64,000 bases of DNA from the human T2T-CHM13v2.0 reference genome, Homo sapiens. The notes under the pieces were generated by a model. That model did not search any database. It saw only the letters and a list, made by a program, of their open reading frames with translations, and was not told the DNA's origin. Every line of letters starts with the position of its first letter. Position 1 is the stretch's first letter. The stretch is from NCBI RefSeq assembly GCF_009914755.1, contig NC_060938.1. One strand, written 5' to 3'. Position numbers and translations under genes: made by a program. Below, one piece after another: positions 28,798-42,835 of the stretch.

Positions 28798-30419
28798 AAA
28801 TAATAACAAAAAAGACTTTTTTATGTTTTTGATAGATGATAATAAAAATCCACATGCAGAAGCAATATTGACTCTGCTATGAGATGAATTTTCAAAGACG
28901 TTCTTTCTGATAAAATGATGCAGGTCTTGGAATGATGTAGCACATCACTCAGCAGGGACTGGGACAGAGCAGTCACCAAATATCAGTCTTGATAATGATA
29001 GTCCAAGCCATTTACTTGAAATTCTTCCTGTTTATCCTTAAGGTCAACAATTGTCCTACACCTCTAGGAGTTCGGACTCATTTGCGAGTTACAGTGATGA
29101 GAAACATTTGTCACAGTTCAGAAATTGCTTCCTGAAGGCACACTGAAAGGCAAAATAGGTTAGACCAAGCACTCAGAAGTTTGAATACTTATCTGCACTC
29201 CAGCACTTTATTCAAAAACAATCTAAATGGCTTTTGATATAATATTCTGACACTTTTCATTTAGATCTTGTTTGAAAGAGCAAGGGCAGAGGCAATCAAA
29301 AATAAAATAAAAATATGGGGTAGGAAGAGTAGATATTGAAGCTTTATGAACATAAAAGATTCAAATTAAATTTGTGTTGAAGGTCTAAAGAGTACCTTGA
29401 TGAAAACTCCAGGTAGTTATGACTATGGTAAAGCCTTTTATTATGTCTACTGGAAAGTGTACACAGGATAAGGTAAGCTAAGGTTGTTGTCTACACAGGC
29501 TGTACTATTTCTCAAGTCTGTAGCTAGCTGAGGTGCCAGAGGTAGGGCACTTTTATCTTTCTTTTTTTATTTTTTGTTGGTAAATAAGTTCCCATTTTTA
29601 CAAGTTAGATTAGAACAGAATAGAATATGAACAAGAAAGATAAGCAAAAGCCCTCATTTTCATGACTGCAGTGCTCCTGATATGGCTGATGCTGACCCTC
29701 TGCTTATAGCACAATCTTGGCCCTGGCTTTAATAGTGATGAAGGCATACCCAGCATTGAGTTAAAGATAAAACTAGCCTCAATGTCCACATTTTCCTCAA
29801 ATACACCCTGTGGAAGTTTGGGAATCTTTAAAAGGGGTTTGGTAATGTATTTTCTGGACTCCAATAATACTTTATAAATGCTGATGTTGCTCCAATAAAA
29901 AAACCTAGAATTAGGAGGGAAAATCACCCTCTGAAAAGGAAAAATAATAGAAATCAGACCATAATCTATATATTGAAATATCATTGAGGCATCTAGCTTA
30001 AAAAGTAGTTTATTATATATCACTGAAAAGTGTAGGAGAAATATTTTTTAAGTATGTAATGTCGAAATTTAGAAAAGGAGATTCAAAGGACAATATATAA
30101 CATGAATTTATTTTTAGTCCTTTTGAGTGACTCTGACCATGCACATAATTAATTTTCTATTTTTTTCTCTCCATAGTTGAATGGGTTTATTATAATAACT
30201 TATTTTAATATATTTTTTAATAAGATTATCCCATTCTTGTCCAATTTCTAGGCTGTTGCCCAGGAGAAAATGGACTGACAAGTTGATTTAAGTTTTCTTT
30301 TATACTTGGACATAATAGTATCTGCCTCTTATGAATTTTGTCATTCTAAACTCTTCAGAATTCCGGATGAATTAAACAAATTAAATTTCTGAATCTGTAA
30401 ATGTGAGAACATTGGTGGT

Positions 30420-30850
30420 TGTGATGGTTAATTTTATATGTCTACTTGACTGGGTTAAGGGATGACCAGATATCTGGTAAAACATTATTCCTGGGTGTGT
30501 TTGTGAGGGTGTCTACAGAAGAGGTTGCCACTTGAATCAGTAGACTGAATAAAGGAGATGTGCAATTCCCAACGTGGTGAGCATCATACCATCTTTTGAG
30601 GACCCAAATAGAACAAAAGGAAGAAGAGAGCAAATTCACTTTCTCTCTTTTAACTTGGACATCCATCTTCTCCTGTCTGCCAATGTTGGTGTTCTTGGTT
30701 CTCAGGCCCTTGGACTCAGACTGAATTACACCACGAGCTTTCCTTGGTTTCTAGCTTGCAGGCAACAGGCTGTGGGACTTTTCTGCCTCTGATTTATATA
30801 ATAAGTGTCCTCATGTATTTATTCTATTTGTCTGTGTCTCTGGAGATCCC
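30420..30850 (+). mobile_element. MLT2-type (ERVL) LTR
   Basis: Starts TGTGATGGTTAATTTTATATGTC..ACTTGACTGGG, followed by aacattattcctgggtgtg. Confidence 0.85.
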
Positions 30851-31139
30851 AGCCTTGCTTCTCACATCAGCTCATCTTCTTGCAAACTATTGCTTCCTGT
30901 GGTATGAAAGGAAGTTCCAGTTTCAGTCATATTGGATGGAAAATAGCTTTTTAATGTATGTTATCTGTAGTGTGTATGGTATGAAAGGCTCCTGTGATAT
31001 GAGCCCCTCCATCTTTATCTCCCATAATTCCTAAATAAATTCTGCCCAGTCATACCAACAGGCTGAATTTCTCTGTTTGCTATAGAAATTACTTTTTCAG
31101 CCTGACCTAACCTCTACCTTTTGGTATCCATCCACCTTT

Positions 31140-31320
31140 CTATTGTCAGCCTTCTCTGACCACCTCTGCCAGGTTGGGGTCTGCTTGTCTGTGCTCTCAT
31201 AGTTCACTGTGCTTAACTTTATTGCCATATTGCACTGGTGTATGTTGGTTTCCTTATCTTTTTACCTACTAGATTCTAAATCCCTAGAAGGCAGGACTTA
31301 TCTATGTCTTTTACGGAACA
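31140..31320 (+). mobile_element. L2 3' fragment
   Basis: ccttctctgacc...ctactagattctaaatccctagaaggcaggact resembles the L2 3' region. Confidence 0.55.
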
Positions 31321-31361
31321 TACTAGGAAAATGACAGACACTAGCTACTCTATAAATATTA

Positions 31362-31611
<250 letters not shown>

Positions 31612-33499
31612 TTAATATTCACAGTTATTCCATCTAATTCTGATTTGAAGACATAGTGCTGTAATTCTAATGAAAGATGATAATTAACATAACCCTTTAA
31701 TGAATGAATGCAGCACTTTTTGATTTTAAATGTTTTAATTACTGTATTTTACTATAGTTATATTACAAAATGTGTTGAGCTATGGGAGAAAAAAATGAAA
31801 TAAATTCTGAGCAGATAACTAACATGTTATAATGCCATAGCCTTTCCATCTTCCTTGTGTTTTTTATCTTGTTTTCACGTCATTTGCTGTAAATATTTTT
31901 AGAGTTCACTATGTGTCAGGTACTATTGTATGACTTGTGTAACTAAATGAACAAACATATAAACAATGTAATTTCAAGCATAATAAATAACAGAAGGACC
32001 GATGGTGTATGACGAAGGTAAATGATATTTCTTATTTTGAATAGGTGATCAGGGAAAGTCTATTTAAAGAAGGGATAAATTGTTGTCCTGGAGAGCAACA
32101 GGGTCTAGAAACATTCCTTCGTCAGTCTGATCTGGACTTTTGGTTCCTGGTTCTAGATCCGCTCCTACCTTGATGATCTCCAAAAACCAGCGTTCATGGT
32201 TGATTTTTAAAGAATTCCTTAGGAGATGGAATTTCAAAATTATGCTCACTCTTTATTTCATAAGTCTTCCCAATGCTGTCAGATTTCAAGATTCTTTATT
32301 ATGACATTGTTAAATGTATTTTTTTCTTTCCACTAGCCAATTGGTGACATGTTTGCTGTTTTTCAGTGACGCCAGACCCAAGGGCACAGTGGGATACTTG
32401 TCTTCTACATTTGTACTTCTTGTCAAAAATTAAAACAAAAATGGTTGAAATTGATGAAGTGAAGTAAACCAGTATCTCTTTAACTTTAGGAAAAATGTTC
32501 ATCAAATTTCATAACGACATTCAGGTTTATTACATCTCTTAAATAATATTAACCTGTCAGGTCTATTTCTTACTCACCTTTTCCATAACATAAGTAGGGT
32601 ATCTATCTAATGAAAATACATAAATAACCAACTAGATGCCTCTTGAAATATTATATGGGATCATAAATTTGTTTTATTTTATTGTGCAATATTTTAAAAT
32701 TTTATTTTGGGTTTAATATGATAGTCTTCTTCAACAAATGAATTACTTGCAAGGGACATTTTTAGTTGGACATAGAAGACCTCTGACAATCTAACCCTTG
32801 ATACTGTAGTGATGTTGCCATGACAGAGCCTGGGGCTATAAGGCTGAAGCCACATGCAATGAAATGACCTCCATCAAGTGGCACAATTCCCATTGCTGTC
32901 AACTTGTTGACTTCACTGTCACACATATGACTTTCACCAAAAAACATTCAAAACAAACCACAGATACACAAAAATGCACAGAAGATGAAAGACACACTCA
33001 ACACACATGCAGGCACACACGTACACAGCATTAATCCACAGGCTCGAAGAGCTTAAAACCAAAGCTTCTTCAGCTCGGAGAAAACTTGTAACAGTATTTA
33101 GACTTCTCATGTTTCTAAGTGGTAAAATCCTTGATAGTTTCCTCTAGAGCTCTTAGAATAGCCAGTTGCCTCATGCCCTCTTCGACTCTAGCACTTAAGA
33201 GATTTTTAAAATTCCCTTTAGTTTGGCGAGTAATCACTATGATCATATCTGGAATTACTTGTGTTGATATCTCTAAATGTAATATATATGACTCTACTTT
33301 GAGCATACTGAAAATCTCCCTGGAGAGGGTCTTCTCCTTTTTCTTCTTTATATTGTCTAGAGTACTATACTTCAGAGAACTTCAGCTCAGCTTAATTAAT
33401 ACATTACTTCTCTATTTCCTTGTCAATAATTCAATTGCCTGAATACAAACATAAATATATATATATATAAAATTTTAAACATTAGTAATTAATTAATGA

Positions 33500-33770
33500 A
33501 ATGCGATAGGACAATAGGTCAGAGAAGGCTTACTGATGTAACCTTTAAGTTGAGGCCAAGTGTTGAGTTGGGAAAATGATATTCTAGGAAGACTGATTTA
33601 GCAAGAAATTAAATAACCCCAGTGTGTGAGGAGATTAAAGAACATAAAAAAGGCCTCAAGAGACATGCAGTAGTCACATTATGCATGTGTTTGTAAGAAG
33701 GGCTTTAGAATTTGAATTTTATTCCAAGTGTAACTGGAAACCAGTAAAGAATTTCATGGAGGATGGTAGG
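33500..33770 (-). mobile_element. L2 fragment
   Basis: ggtcagagaaggcttactgatg...tttgaattttattccaagtgtaactggaaacca resembles antisense L2. Confidence 0.55.
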
Positions 33771-34849
33771 GTTTTATATCTAAAAATAATGTCACATGGT
33801 TTTTTGCCCCTTGACTCCAGGTCTCATTGTTCTCTACTTTCCCACCCAGCTTCCTGGTTAAGCAACTTCAAATACAGTTTTCATTTTCACTTCATTCATA
33901 GTTGTAATCACAATCACTGTTTTCCATGGAGAGCTTGCCATATACATCTTATATACATTATGAAATAAATCTTTTATTGTCACCATAAATCCCTAGTCAC
34001 AGAGGTATTACTAGTCTCACTTTAAGGGTAAGGAACCTACAGGCTAGACAGGTAAGATAGCTTATCCTATTCACCCTAGGTTTGCATGACTCCAAACACA
34101 ATAGGAGATATTTCCTACTATACTCAACAAACCACACTATCTCTCGTTCTATCTCAATTATATTTAAACTCCTACATGTACTCTGTACAATTTTTCATTA
34201 TCTGGCTGCATTTGTATATCCATATTCACCTCCCTCTACTCTCATCAAAGACTATGATCTTTTTTTCTTAACCAACCACCCTCATCTGTTATCCCTCACC
34301 ACACACAGCATGCTTATTCTACCGCCTTGGATATACTAGAAAGTCTGCTGGTTAGCAGAAAAGTTAAGTCTCCATTCAGGCTTTTCCACTAATTGGGCCT
34401 CACTGAGCCTCAAAATGTTATCTTTAAAATCAAGATGATAATCTCCAGCTCACCTACTCTTGAGGAATTGAGTAAACATTAGATAAAATAATGTACATAT
34501 TTTCTTTTAACTCTAAAGGACAATACAAGTGTATATTTTACTTTACAACTTGTTTTAGGATCTCTTCTTAGTCAGCAATGGCTTCCTCATGTTCTCTGTC
34601 TGTCCAAAATGTCACCCACCTTTCAGACCAGGAGCAGGGAAATGTCATAAATACTAAGGCTTCTCTCATTAAATGTAACTGCTATGTTCCATTTGTGCAG
34701 TCTCATAGTCATACTGAATTAAAGAGAAATTATTGTATTTTTGGAGTTTTTCATGTGTATAAATTTTACTTGGCTATCACTGATGGAAAATCTGCACAAT
34801 TATCATATATTCCATTATCTATATTCTCACCATTCCTCCCATGGTGCTG

Positions 34850-35095
34850 GTAGAAAGTCAAACCCAGCAATTCAGAGAACAGACCTGAGCGATATAAAGA
34901 CCTGGGTTGCAATCTTGTCTCTGTTACTCCTCAGATGGATAATATTGGGTGAAAATCATGAATTCTCTTAGCCTTATTTGAATCCCTTTTAATGTGGGGT
35001 TATTAATTGCATCTTTCTCTCTGTGTTGTAAAATTTAAGTCAAGAAAAGCCTGGATACTACAGTGGCTGCCTTTCTTTCTATCAACTGTCACTAT
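34850..35095 (+). mobile_element. MIR SINE
   Basis: agacctgggttgcaatcttgtctctgttact...ctcttagcctt core; diverged. Confidence 0.55.
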
Positions 35096-35720
35096 TAACA
35101 TGTTTCTTCTTATAAATATTATAATGTCTATTTTTCTGTACCTAGCTATCATTATTTTCCTAAAAGCTCAGCTAATGTGTGTTTGCTGTGTAATTAAATA
35201 TGTCATCTCTTCCTTAGGACTTCTGTATGCAATTGATCCACTTTAAGCAATTGCACTGATCAGATTTTCTGTAATTGCTATTTCCAATCAGCCTAAGGAA
35301 AATTGTAGCCAGGTTGCGTGAAGCCTTAGATAGAAGTGGCATTCTGTTTTGTCAGCTGATAATACCATTTCCTATAGACTAAAAGCCGTATAATTTATTT
35401 TTAATAAATTTTATAAGTGTTATCACTGCATTTTGGTATATCTAATAGTTTTAAAAGCCATTACTTATCTCAAGTCTTATTTGTCAAGGAACATAGAAAT
35501 AGCCTAACTCAAGAAGTGAAGCTAAAGATTGCATGACTTGTTGATTTGCTAGAGATAACTGTTGGTTGAACAGAAAAACAAATGTTTCTTTGCTAACTTG
35601 TAAAAGGAAAGTATGGAACTGCCCCCATGTAAGTAAGTAAAGAATGCACCTACAGATGATTTGGGTTGCCACCCTTAGTCTCTGAAATTTATAAGCTAGA
35701 AATTAATTATTTTATATCAC

Positions 35721-35738
35721 CACGTGTTTCATCACGTG
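35721..35738. promoter_or_regulatory. Tandem canonical E-boxes CACGTG-N6-CACGTG (candidate bHLH site)
   Basis: cacgtg tttcat cacgtg read directly; function not shown. Confidence 0.35.
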
Positions 35739-36489
35739 TTTTGCATTATAAAGCATTTGGATTCTCTTACCATAAATAAATAACATTGAAATTTTTAGGG
35801 ATAAAATATTAAGTAGTTTGAACCAAGAAGTCTTCAGAAAGCACTTTACAAAAAGTCTGCATCCCTTTGGTACTAGATTAATACATTTGATGTAAGAGAG
35901 TTTAATCATGTCGGTTCTTGTTTATATTCATAAGATTAACCTGATTGCTGAATCTGAGAATGGAGGATTTTGTTTAAAGGGCATTGTGAACATAATTTGG
36001 CTTCTAACTATCTGTAATTGAAGAGTTCAGCTTATTAAGCAGATTTGTCTTTAGAGGTGGTGTGACAGAGCCCCACCGTTGCTTTGGAATGTCTCAGAAC
36101 ACTGAGGTCAATTTAGCCAAGAAGCTCTTTGAAAAACTTTTTAATTTCTAAATCTCCAAATGTATTCAAGACTGGAGACACAGGAGAATAAGATCAATGT
36201 GACTTGCTGTGCTTCAATTCTCTTTTTCTCTTCCTTTCTTCTCCCTATTTCTTGCCCTCTTGTTGCTCTTTTCTTCCCCTTTCTTTCCTACAAGTAAATC
36301 TAGCACATGTGACAAAAACCTGGGGCAGAAACAAGGATGTTAGGGTTTAACAGCTCTGTCTAGGCTTTCACAGGCAAGCATACCCAGGATAACCTGACTG
36401 ATTTCCCCTGACTCTGGTGCACTCTCTGTCTGTCCCACCGCACAGGCACGACTAAGGGTGAGTGCAAACGCCTTTTCTTGGAAATATAT

Positions 36490-36720
36490 TCAGAGGTCAG
36501 GCTGCCTGCAGTCAAACCCCAGTTCTTACACTCCATAGCTATGTAACAGTGGAGAAGTTGTTTAACTTCTCTCTACTTCCATTCTCACATCTGTGAAACA
36601 AAGATAATATCAGTATCTACTTGAGAGGTTCTTGTGAGTACTAAATAAAGCAATCTTTGTAACCATTTAAACCAGTGTCCTAAAGATATGAGTGGTCAGT
36701 AAGTCTTTGCTATTATTATG
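36490..36720 (+). mobile_element. MIR SINE
   Basis: gtcaggctgcctg...tttaacttctctct...ctcacatctgtgaaa core. Confidence 0.7.
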
Positions 36721-36819
36721 ATACTCTTAATTATACCATTAATATACAGGAGATACAGGTAATGAGGTGGGAATTTCAGAAGGAAAAAATAAGCTTCAAA
36801 AACAAATTAGATTTAGGGG

Positions 36820-36976
36820 TAGCTTCTCGAAACTTCAGTTTCTTCATCTGGAAAATGGGAATAAATACGGTGTCTCCTACAGAATTATTTTGAAGATTCA
36901 GTGGAATAGTTCATTTAAAGCACTTAATACCCTGCTGCCTCACACATGGTAACTACTTGAGAAATTGAGCTATTAT
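36820..36976 (+). mobile_element. MIR SINE 3' part
   Basis: cttcagtttcttcatctggaaaatggga...aaagcacttaata...cacatggtaa. Confidence 0.7.
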
Positions 36977-37143
36977 GATGGTGGTGCTGAATAAAATGGC
37001 ATAAAATCAGGGATAATGGTGGAATGACGGTGATAATGTGCAGGTTAGAGGGGAGAAAATCACTTGAAAAGAAAGCGAAACATGTTATTAATTTTAGAAA
37101 AATATTTAAGAATTGTGATACTTCTTTACTTAAAACCCTTTAA

Positions 37144-37543
<400 letters not shown>

Positions 37544-37556
37544 GGTATTTATTTAC

Positions 37557-37587
37557 TTTTCTTTCTTTCTTTCTTTCTCTTTCTTTT

Positions 37588-37654
<67 letters not shown>

Positions 37655-37797
37655 CTCTCTCTTTCTTTTTCTGTCTTTCTTTCTTTCTTTTTCTTTCTTT
37701 CTTTTCTTTCTTTCCTTTTCTTTTCTTTCTTTCTTTTTCCTTCCTTCCTTCCTTCCTTCCTTTCTTTCTCTCTTTCTTTCTTTTTTTTTTTCTTTTT
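37557..37797. repeat. (TTTC)n/(TTCC)n compound microsatellite, the expanded tail of the adjacent Alu
   Basis: ~240-bp pyrimidine tract abutting the Alu 3' end. Confidence 0.95.
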
Positions 37798-38043
37798 GAC
37801 AGAGTCTCACTCTGTCACCCAGGCTGGAGTCCAATGGTGTGATCTCAGCTCACTGCAACCTCCACATCCCGGCAACCTCCTGAGTAGCTGAGATTACAGG
37901 AGCACACCACCATGCCAAACTAATTTTTGTATTTTTAGTAGAGACGGGGTTTCACCATGTTAGTCGAACTCCTGACCTCATGATCCACCCGCCTCAGCCT
38001 CCCAAAGTGCTGGGATTACAGGCGTGAGCCACCGTGCCTGGCC
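37798..38043 (-). mobile_element. AluS (Sc/Sg-like) with two internal deletions
   Basis: Antisense Alu; TSD ATATGGTATACTTT at 37222-37235 and 38045-38058. Confidence 0.93.
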
Positions 38044-38501
38044 TATATGGTATACTTTCTAAGTTAGTCTCCTCCTAAGGAATAGTGTTCAGAGGACCAC
38101 ATGTTTGTTCCCAAGTTGTATTTTTCTCAAATACACACCAAAACGAATGGGTAACTGTCAAAATTAAAAATCAGATCCTCTGTGCTCCAGGGAAACCTTT
38201 GTGTGATAGTTGGTGGTTCAGTTTGGGGATATACTGAAACTAACAAATTAATTTTTGCTTGTAATGTTACAAGTCAGATCTAATGAAGTCCTGAGATTAA
38301 TCTCTTCTGAGATTAAGAGGGTCCAGCCACCCTGAATTCAGTTGTTTTGGTTTGTTTGTCTATTACAGGTATTTGTCACTTCTCCCCAAACCCCAATCCT
38401 TCTATCGTCAGCCAGCCAATCCTGGAAAACTTGTCACTTAATACTTGTCACAAGTTAATTGAAAATCTTCACATTTTACAAAGAGCTTAGATACTTTTGT
38501 A

Positions 38502-39047
38502 AAGTAGTCTTTTCTTATCCATGGAAAATATGTTTCTAGACTCCCAGAGGATGACAGAAACCTCAGATAGTACCAAACCCTATATATACTGTGATTTTTC
38601 CTACACATCTGTACCTACAATCAAGTTTAATTTATAAATTAGGCACAGTAAGGGGTTAACAATAACTAATAGTAAAATAGAACATTTACAATCTGACACT
38701 CTAATAAAAGCTATATGAACGTGATCTCTCTCCCTCTCTCTCTCTGTCTCTGAAAATATCTTATTGTTCTGCTCTCTTCCGTCTTCTTGTGATCTGTAAA
38801 ACTGATAACACAGATGGCTGCTAAGTGACTAACAGGAAGGCAGCATAGACAATATGAAGAGGCTGGACAAAGAGAGGATTCACATTCTAGAATATCCTGA
38901 GATTTCATCGCAATACTCAGAACAGCTCCCAATTTAATACCTAGGAATTACTTATTTCTGGAATTTTCCATTCTATTTTCAGACTCTGGTGGACCACAAG
39001 TGATGGAAGGCTTGGAAAGTGACACTGTGGCGGAGGGGATACTATTG
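38502..39047 (-). mobile_element. MER44B-like (Tigger7) DNA transposon
   Basis: Degenerate TIRs (agtagtc..ttatcc / ggaggggatactattg), TA on both flanks, internal aagtttaatttataaattaggcacagtaag; 546 bp. Confidence 0.82.
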
Positions 39048-40499
39048 TACATTTTTACTTGTTATCTCATTGTGCAGGAGTGTGTTTTATTATCATTTTT
39101 GTTATCGTTATATAGTGTGTGCATGTGTATATGAGGTTAATTTATTATTTTTATTTTATTTTGCACAGGCTAATAAAGAGAAGCATGTGATACTTCTAAG
39201 CGTAGACCTTTGATCCCTTAAAAAACCAAAGTAAAGAACTGAAGTTACTATTTCTAAAGACCACCTCCTTCTTCCAATTTCTTCCTTATTTCCCCTTAAT
39301 TTCTCTGGAAAATAGAGGTAATTTGAATCATTTAGCTCAAGTTGTCCAGGTAATTTTCTCACCTAACACTTCACTTTGTGATAGAGACTATTAATTGTTA
39401 CAACTCTGGGTAGCTGGAGAGATAAGAGAGATGTACTGAGACAAGGACAGGCATAAAATAGCTCATTAAAACCCACTCACCTGCCCACACCCAGAGTGGT
39501 GGGAGGCTCAGGAGCTTTTATTATGCATCAATGTGATTCTCACTGATGCTAACCCGGGCTGCCAGGAACCCACAGCACAGTCCTCTCTCAACTCCCTCTG
39601 AGCTTTGGATAGGATTTTTCATTTCACACATCATTCAACTCCTCGCTCCAGTGACTCTGAAGAGCCAAGAACCCACCTGCTTGTGAGTGCACATTAGCAC
39701 TAATCATTTAAATTTATAGTGTAGGGAGGTGGAGATGATCATACAAATTCTCAAAAAGCATATGCACTGGGGACTTTGAGAGTGAATTCCCTTAGAAATA
39801 ATCTCAGAAAATGATGAAATGTGGAGCCAGAAAGTAGAATTCCTTAATTTAGCTCCTGACCACCCTTCACACATACAGTAATGTTTCTTTTGTGGAGCTT
39901 CTGCTACATGTTTATAATATGTAATTATACTTGAGTTCACAGTAAGCAAATATTATTTTTATTAAATTAAAAAAATCTCCTCTAGTCAAGTTTGCTTAAT
40001 GCCTGACATTAAAGCCTATTGGACAGTAAGGAGAATCCATGTTTAATCCCAAGTGAGCTCCTGCTTAACAATACCCACAATCTCTAGTACTCCAAGGTGA
40101 ATATTTTTTTTTAAAAAAAATTGGTATTATCTACTTGATGCCAGAACAACTAGTTTAAATTTAGGTAGGATAAATAAAAATAACATTTTAAAACCAGTAA
40201 CCCAAGAGTGGGACCCACTTATGATATTAAAAGAAACTGAGTTAATAGTTGAGTATTTGTGAGAAATTTTTACTCCCATTGAAAGTATTTCTACTCTTAT
40301 GGTGGGTTAATAAACTCAGGGATAACATGTTCCAAGTTACCATAGAACATCGGTCACCTGGCAAAAAATAAAGTTTAAATATAAAATAATCTTAGCCATA
40401 TTTTTAACTTAAAATTGCATTTGAATTTGGATGCATAATGTTGAGAGAACATTTTCACTCTCTGAACATCTTTTTAATTGTCTACTCAATAGACAGTAT

Positions 40500-40908
40500 T
40501 ACTTTTTCCTCGCTAGCAGAATTCTGAGTTTATTCAAGAGTTGGACAACCGTTCATTTCATGGGCTCTCTCAGCCCTGGGTAATGAATATTAATTTGACT
40601 AGGGAACCAATCCTATTATGTCCAATTCAATTGTGGTAATTGGTTTAGGAAGAAGGATTTAATACAACACCGGACAATTAAATACAAAGAGTTGTTTTTC
40701 TAGGATGGGAAATTTATAATATAAATCCTTTTTCTTCTAATGTTTATAATGCCATGCATCCTTGGAGCTGCCACAGACATATGACTGAGCTACTATCCTA
40801 GAATAATCCACCTCCAGAATATATTTGTGTATGAGATAACAAATTGCCTACCGTTTAAGTAATTTACGGTCAGGTTTTCTGATACTCCAAACTGAAAGTC
40901 CACTGACT
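40500..40908 (+). mobile_element. Old MLT1 (J/K-like) MaLR LTR
   Basis: cttggagctgccacag... and a 3' end tgagataacaaatt..gtttaag..ggttttctgatact..aactgaaag; very diverged. Confidence 0.4.
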
Positions 40909-41375
40909 TCACTTTAACTTCAGGATTTTGGATCAATCACTATTCATGTTTATTAAGTCTCTTCCTATGCCTGCATTAATCAGATTAGGCTGAATAAGAA
41001 AAATAAAAGTTTATTTTTACCCACATTAATTCTGCTACATTTTTAGTGGATTTCCAGGTAAACTTTAAATATTGATTTAGGGATTTCTTATGCTACCATC
41101 TCATGCCTCTGCTAGCTGCATGCATGGGTGTCACTGAACAAGAGAGAGATGGAGCATTCCCAGAGACTTTTCACTTCCTCAAAACAATGGTGACAGCCAC
41201 TGGCAGGCCACTGGCCAGACCAAGATATGTGATTAAAACCGAACGCAAGCATCAGGGGAGTGTAAGAAGCTCTTGGATATTTAGTGAGTTTTAAAAATCT
41301 CTGCCGTAGTGAACCTGCTCTAGATTTAGAAATGTTAGAAATGATAGACGCTGCAATGATAGATACTACAATGAT

Positions 41376-41826
41376 AGACTATTTACATACAGAGTACAGA
41401 CCTACAGACCAGGAAACGAGAATACACAATCCACCATACTAAGTACTTTAATTGAGATGCATATGTGGTCCTTTGGCAGTGGATTCGGTCTTCACAGTAA
41501 ACTTGCACTAGGTTAATTCAGAAAGTTTAAGTGATTTGTCAAATTGCCATTAGTTTATAAGGGGCAAAACAGTGTTTAAGTTTTAATCTATTACTATGAA
41601 GTCTCTGTTGTTCTGAATAACTTCTGATTATTTGAAAATTAAGACTCAATCCATGCATAATACAGGTAGTACAAGTATTATTATTATGGTTATTTTAGAT
41701 ATAGGGTCTTGCTCTGCCAGAGTACAGAGACAAGAACATGGCTCACTGCAGACTCGACCTCCTGGGCTTAAGCAGTCCTCCTACTCAGCCTTCCAAGCAG
41801 CTGGGACTACAAGCATGAGCCACCAC
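41376..41826 (+). repeat. Derived copy of a 451-bp local duplication (donor 48691-49141)
   Basis: Ungapped alignment at offset 7315 with 24 mismatches; contains a MIR piece and a truncated AluJ. Confidence 0.97.
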
Positions 41827-41989
41827 TTACCTCTCTTACTATATAAAAATAAGAAAAGATGCTTTTGATTCCTTTTAATTCTTTCAATTATTTGGAGGAA
41901 AACTTTTAAGAAATATAATTTTTTAAAAAGTAAACAAATAAAAAGTTTTATGGAATTTAGAACAGGAGAAAAAACAAGCAGCAAGAAAG

Positions 41990-42230
41990 TGAGGAGTGTA
42001 TAGCAGGAGGGATTCTGAGTATGTGCACTGGAGTCTGATGGATCTATATGTGTATCCCAGCTTCATCACATGCCAGCTAGGTAACTCAGGGAAACTTTTT
42101 AAAGTATTTGAACTTGGATTGCTCTCCTGCAAAATAGGAACAACATTAGTATCTATTCCATAGAGTTTTAAAAAATGTGCTTGGTTTACAGAAAAAAAAA
42201 CTACACTAAAATTGATAAATATTATTGTTT
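41990..42230 (+). mobile_element. MIR SINE
   Basis: ctggagtctga...tcccagct...ctcctgcaaaatagga...gtatcta core. Confidence 0.65.
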
Positions 42231-42835
42231 TATATGTAAGTACAGTTGTTAAATAAATTCCTCAATAATATATTAAAGAAACAACCAGGGAATCAAATAC
42301 AGCATAGCCATCTATGTGAACCAGCATTTTCTTTTATTCTATAAGTTTGCTTCTCAGTCTGCAAATATTACACTTAAAATGCAGAATGGGTGCAATCAAT
42401 AAATGTTTTATTTTACAAGTAAAATAGCCCATTCTTTCTTAAGCAAACTTTTTTATTCCTGTTTTTCATGTGCTTGCCTGGCATTTTACAATCATGTTAC
42501 AATTTTGTTAGTGGGAAAAAAAGCGATTAAGTATACGTAAGTGGATATTAGGCAATTACAGCAAATGTAGTACCCACACCAATGAAGTGTGGAAGATTTT
42601 CTTAATAAAGTTTTGGATTACAAATTCTTCTGTATTGCATTTTCCAGTTGCCTATTGCACATCTATAGGAAATGATTCAAGGGAGATTCTGTGATATTGA
42701 TATTTTAAGTACATGTTTGTATAAACAGCATCCTATTATTCAAATGTGGTTAGGTCACAATTGGCTACACTTTCATATTTTAAATATACAGACATCGAGA
42801 ATAGCATGGGTATAAAAAAAATCTCTTCATGTCAC

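Noticed and set aside
29610-30023. 137-aa minus-strand ORF in non-repeat DNA
   Set aside because: No recognisable homology; composition (I/F/L/S/K-rich) is typical of chance ORFs in AT-rich DNA
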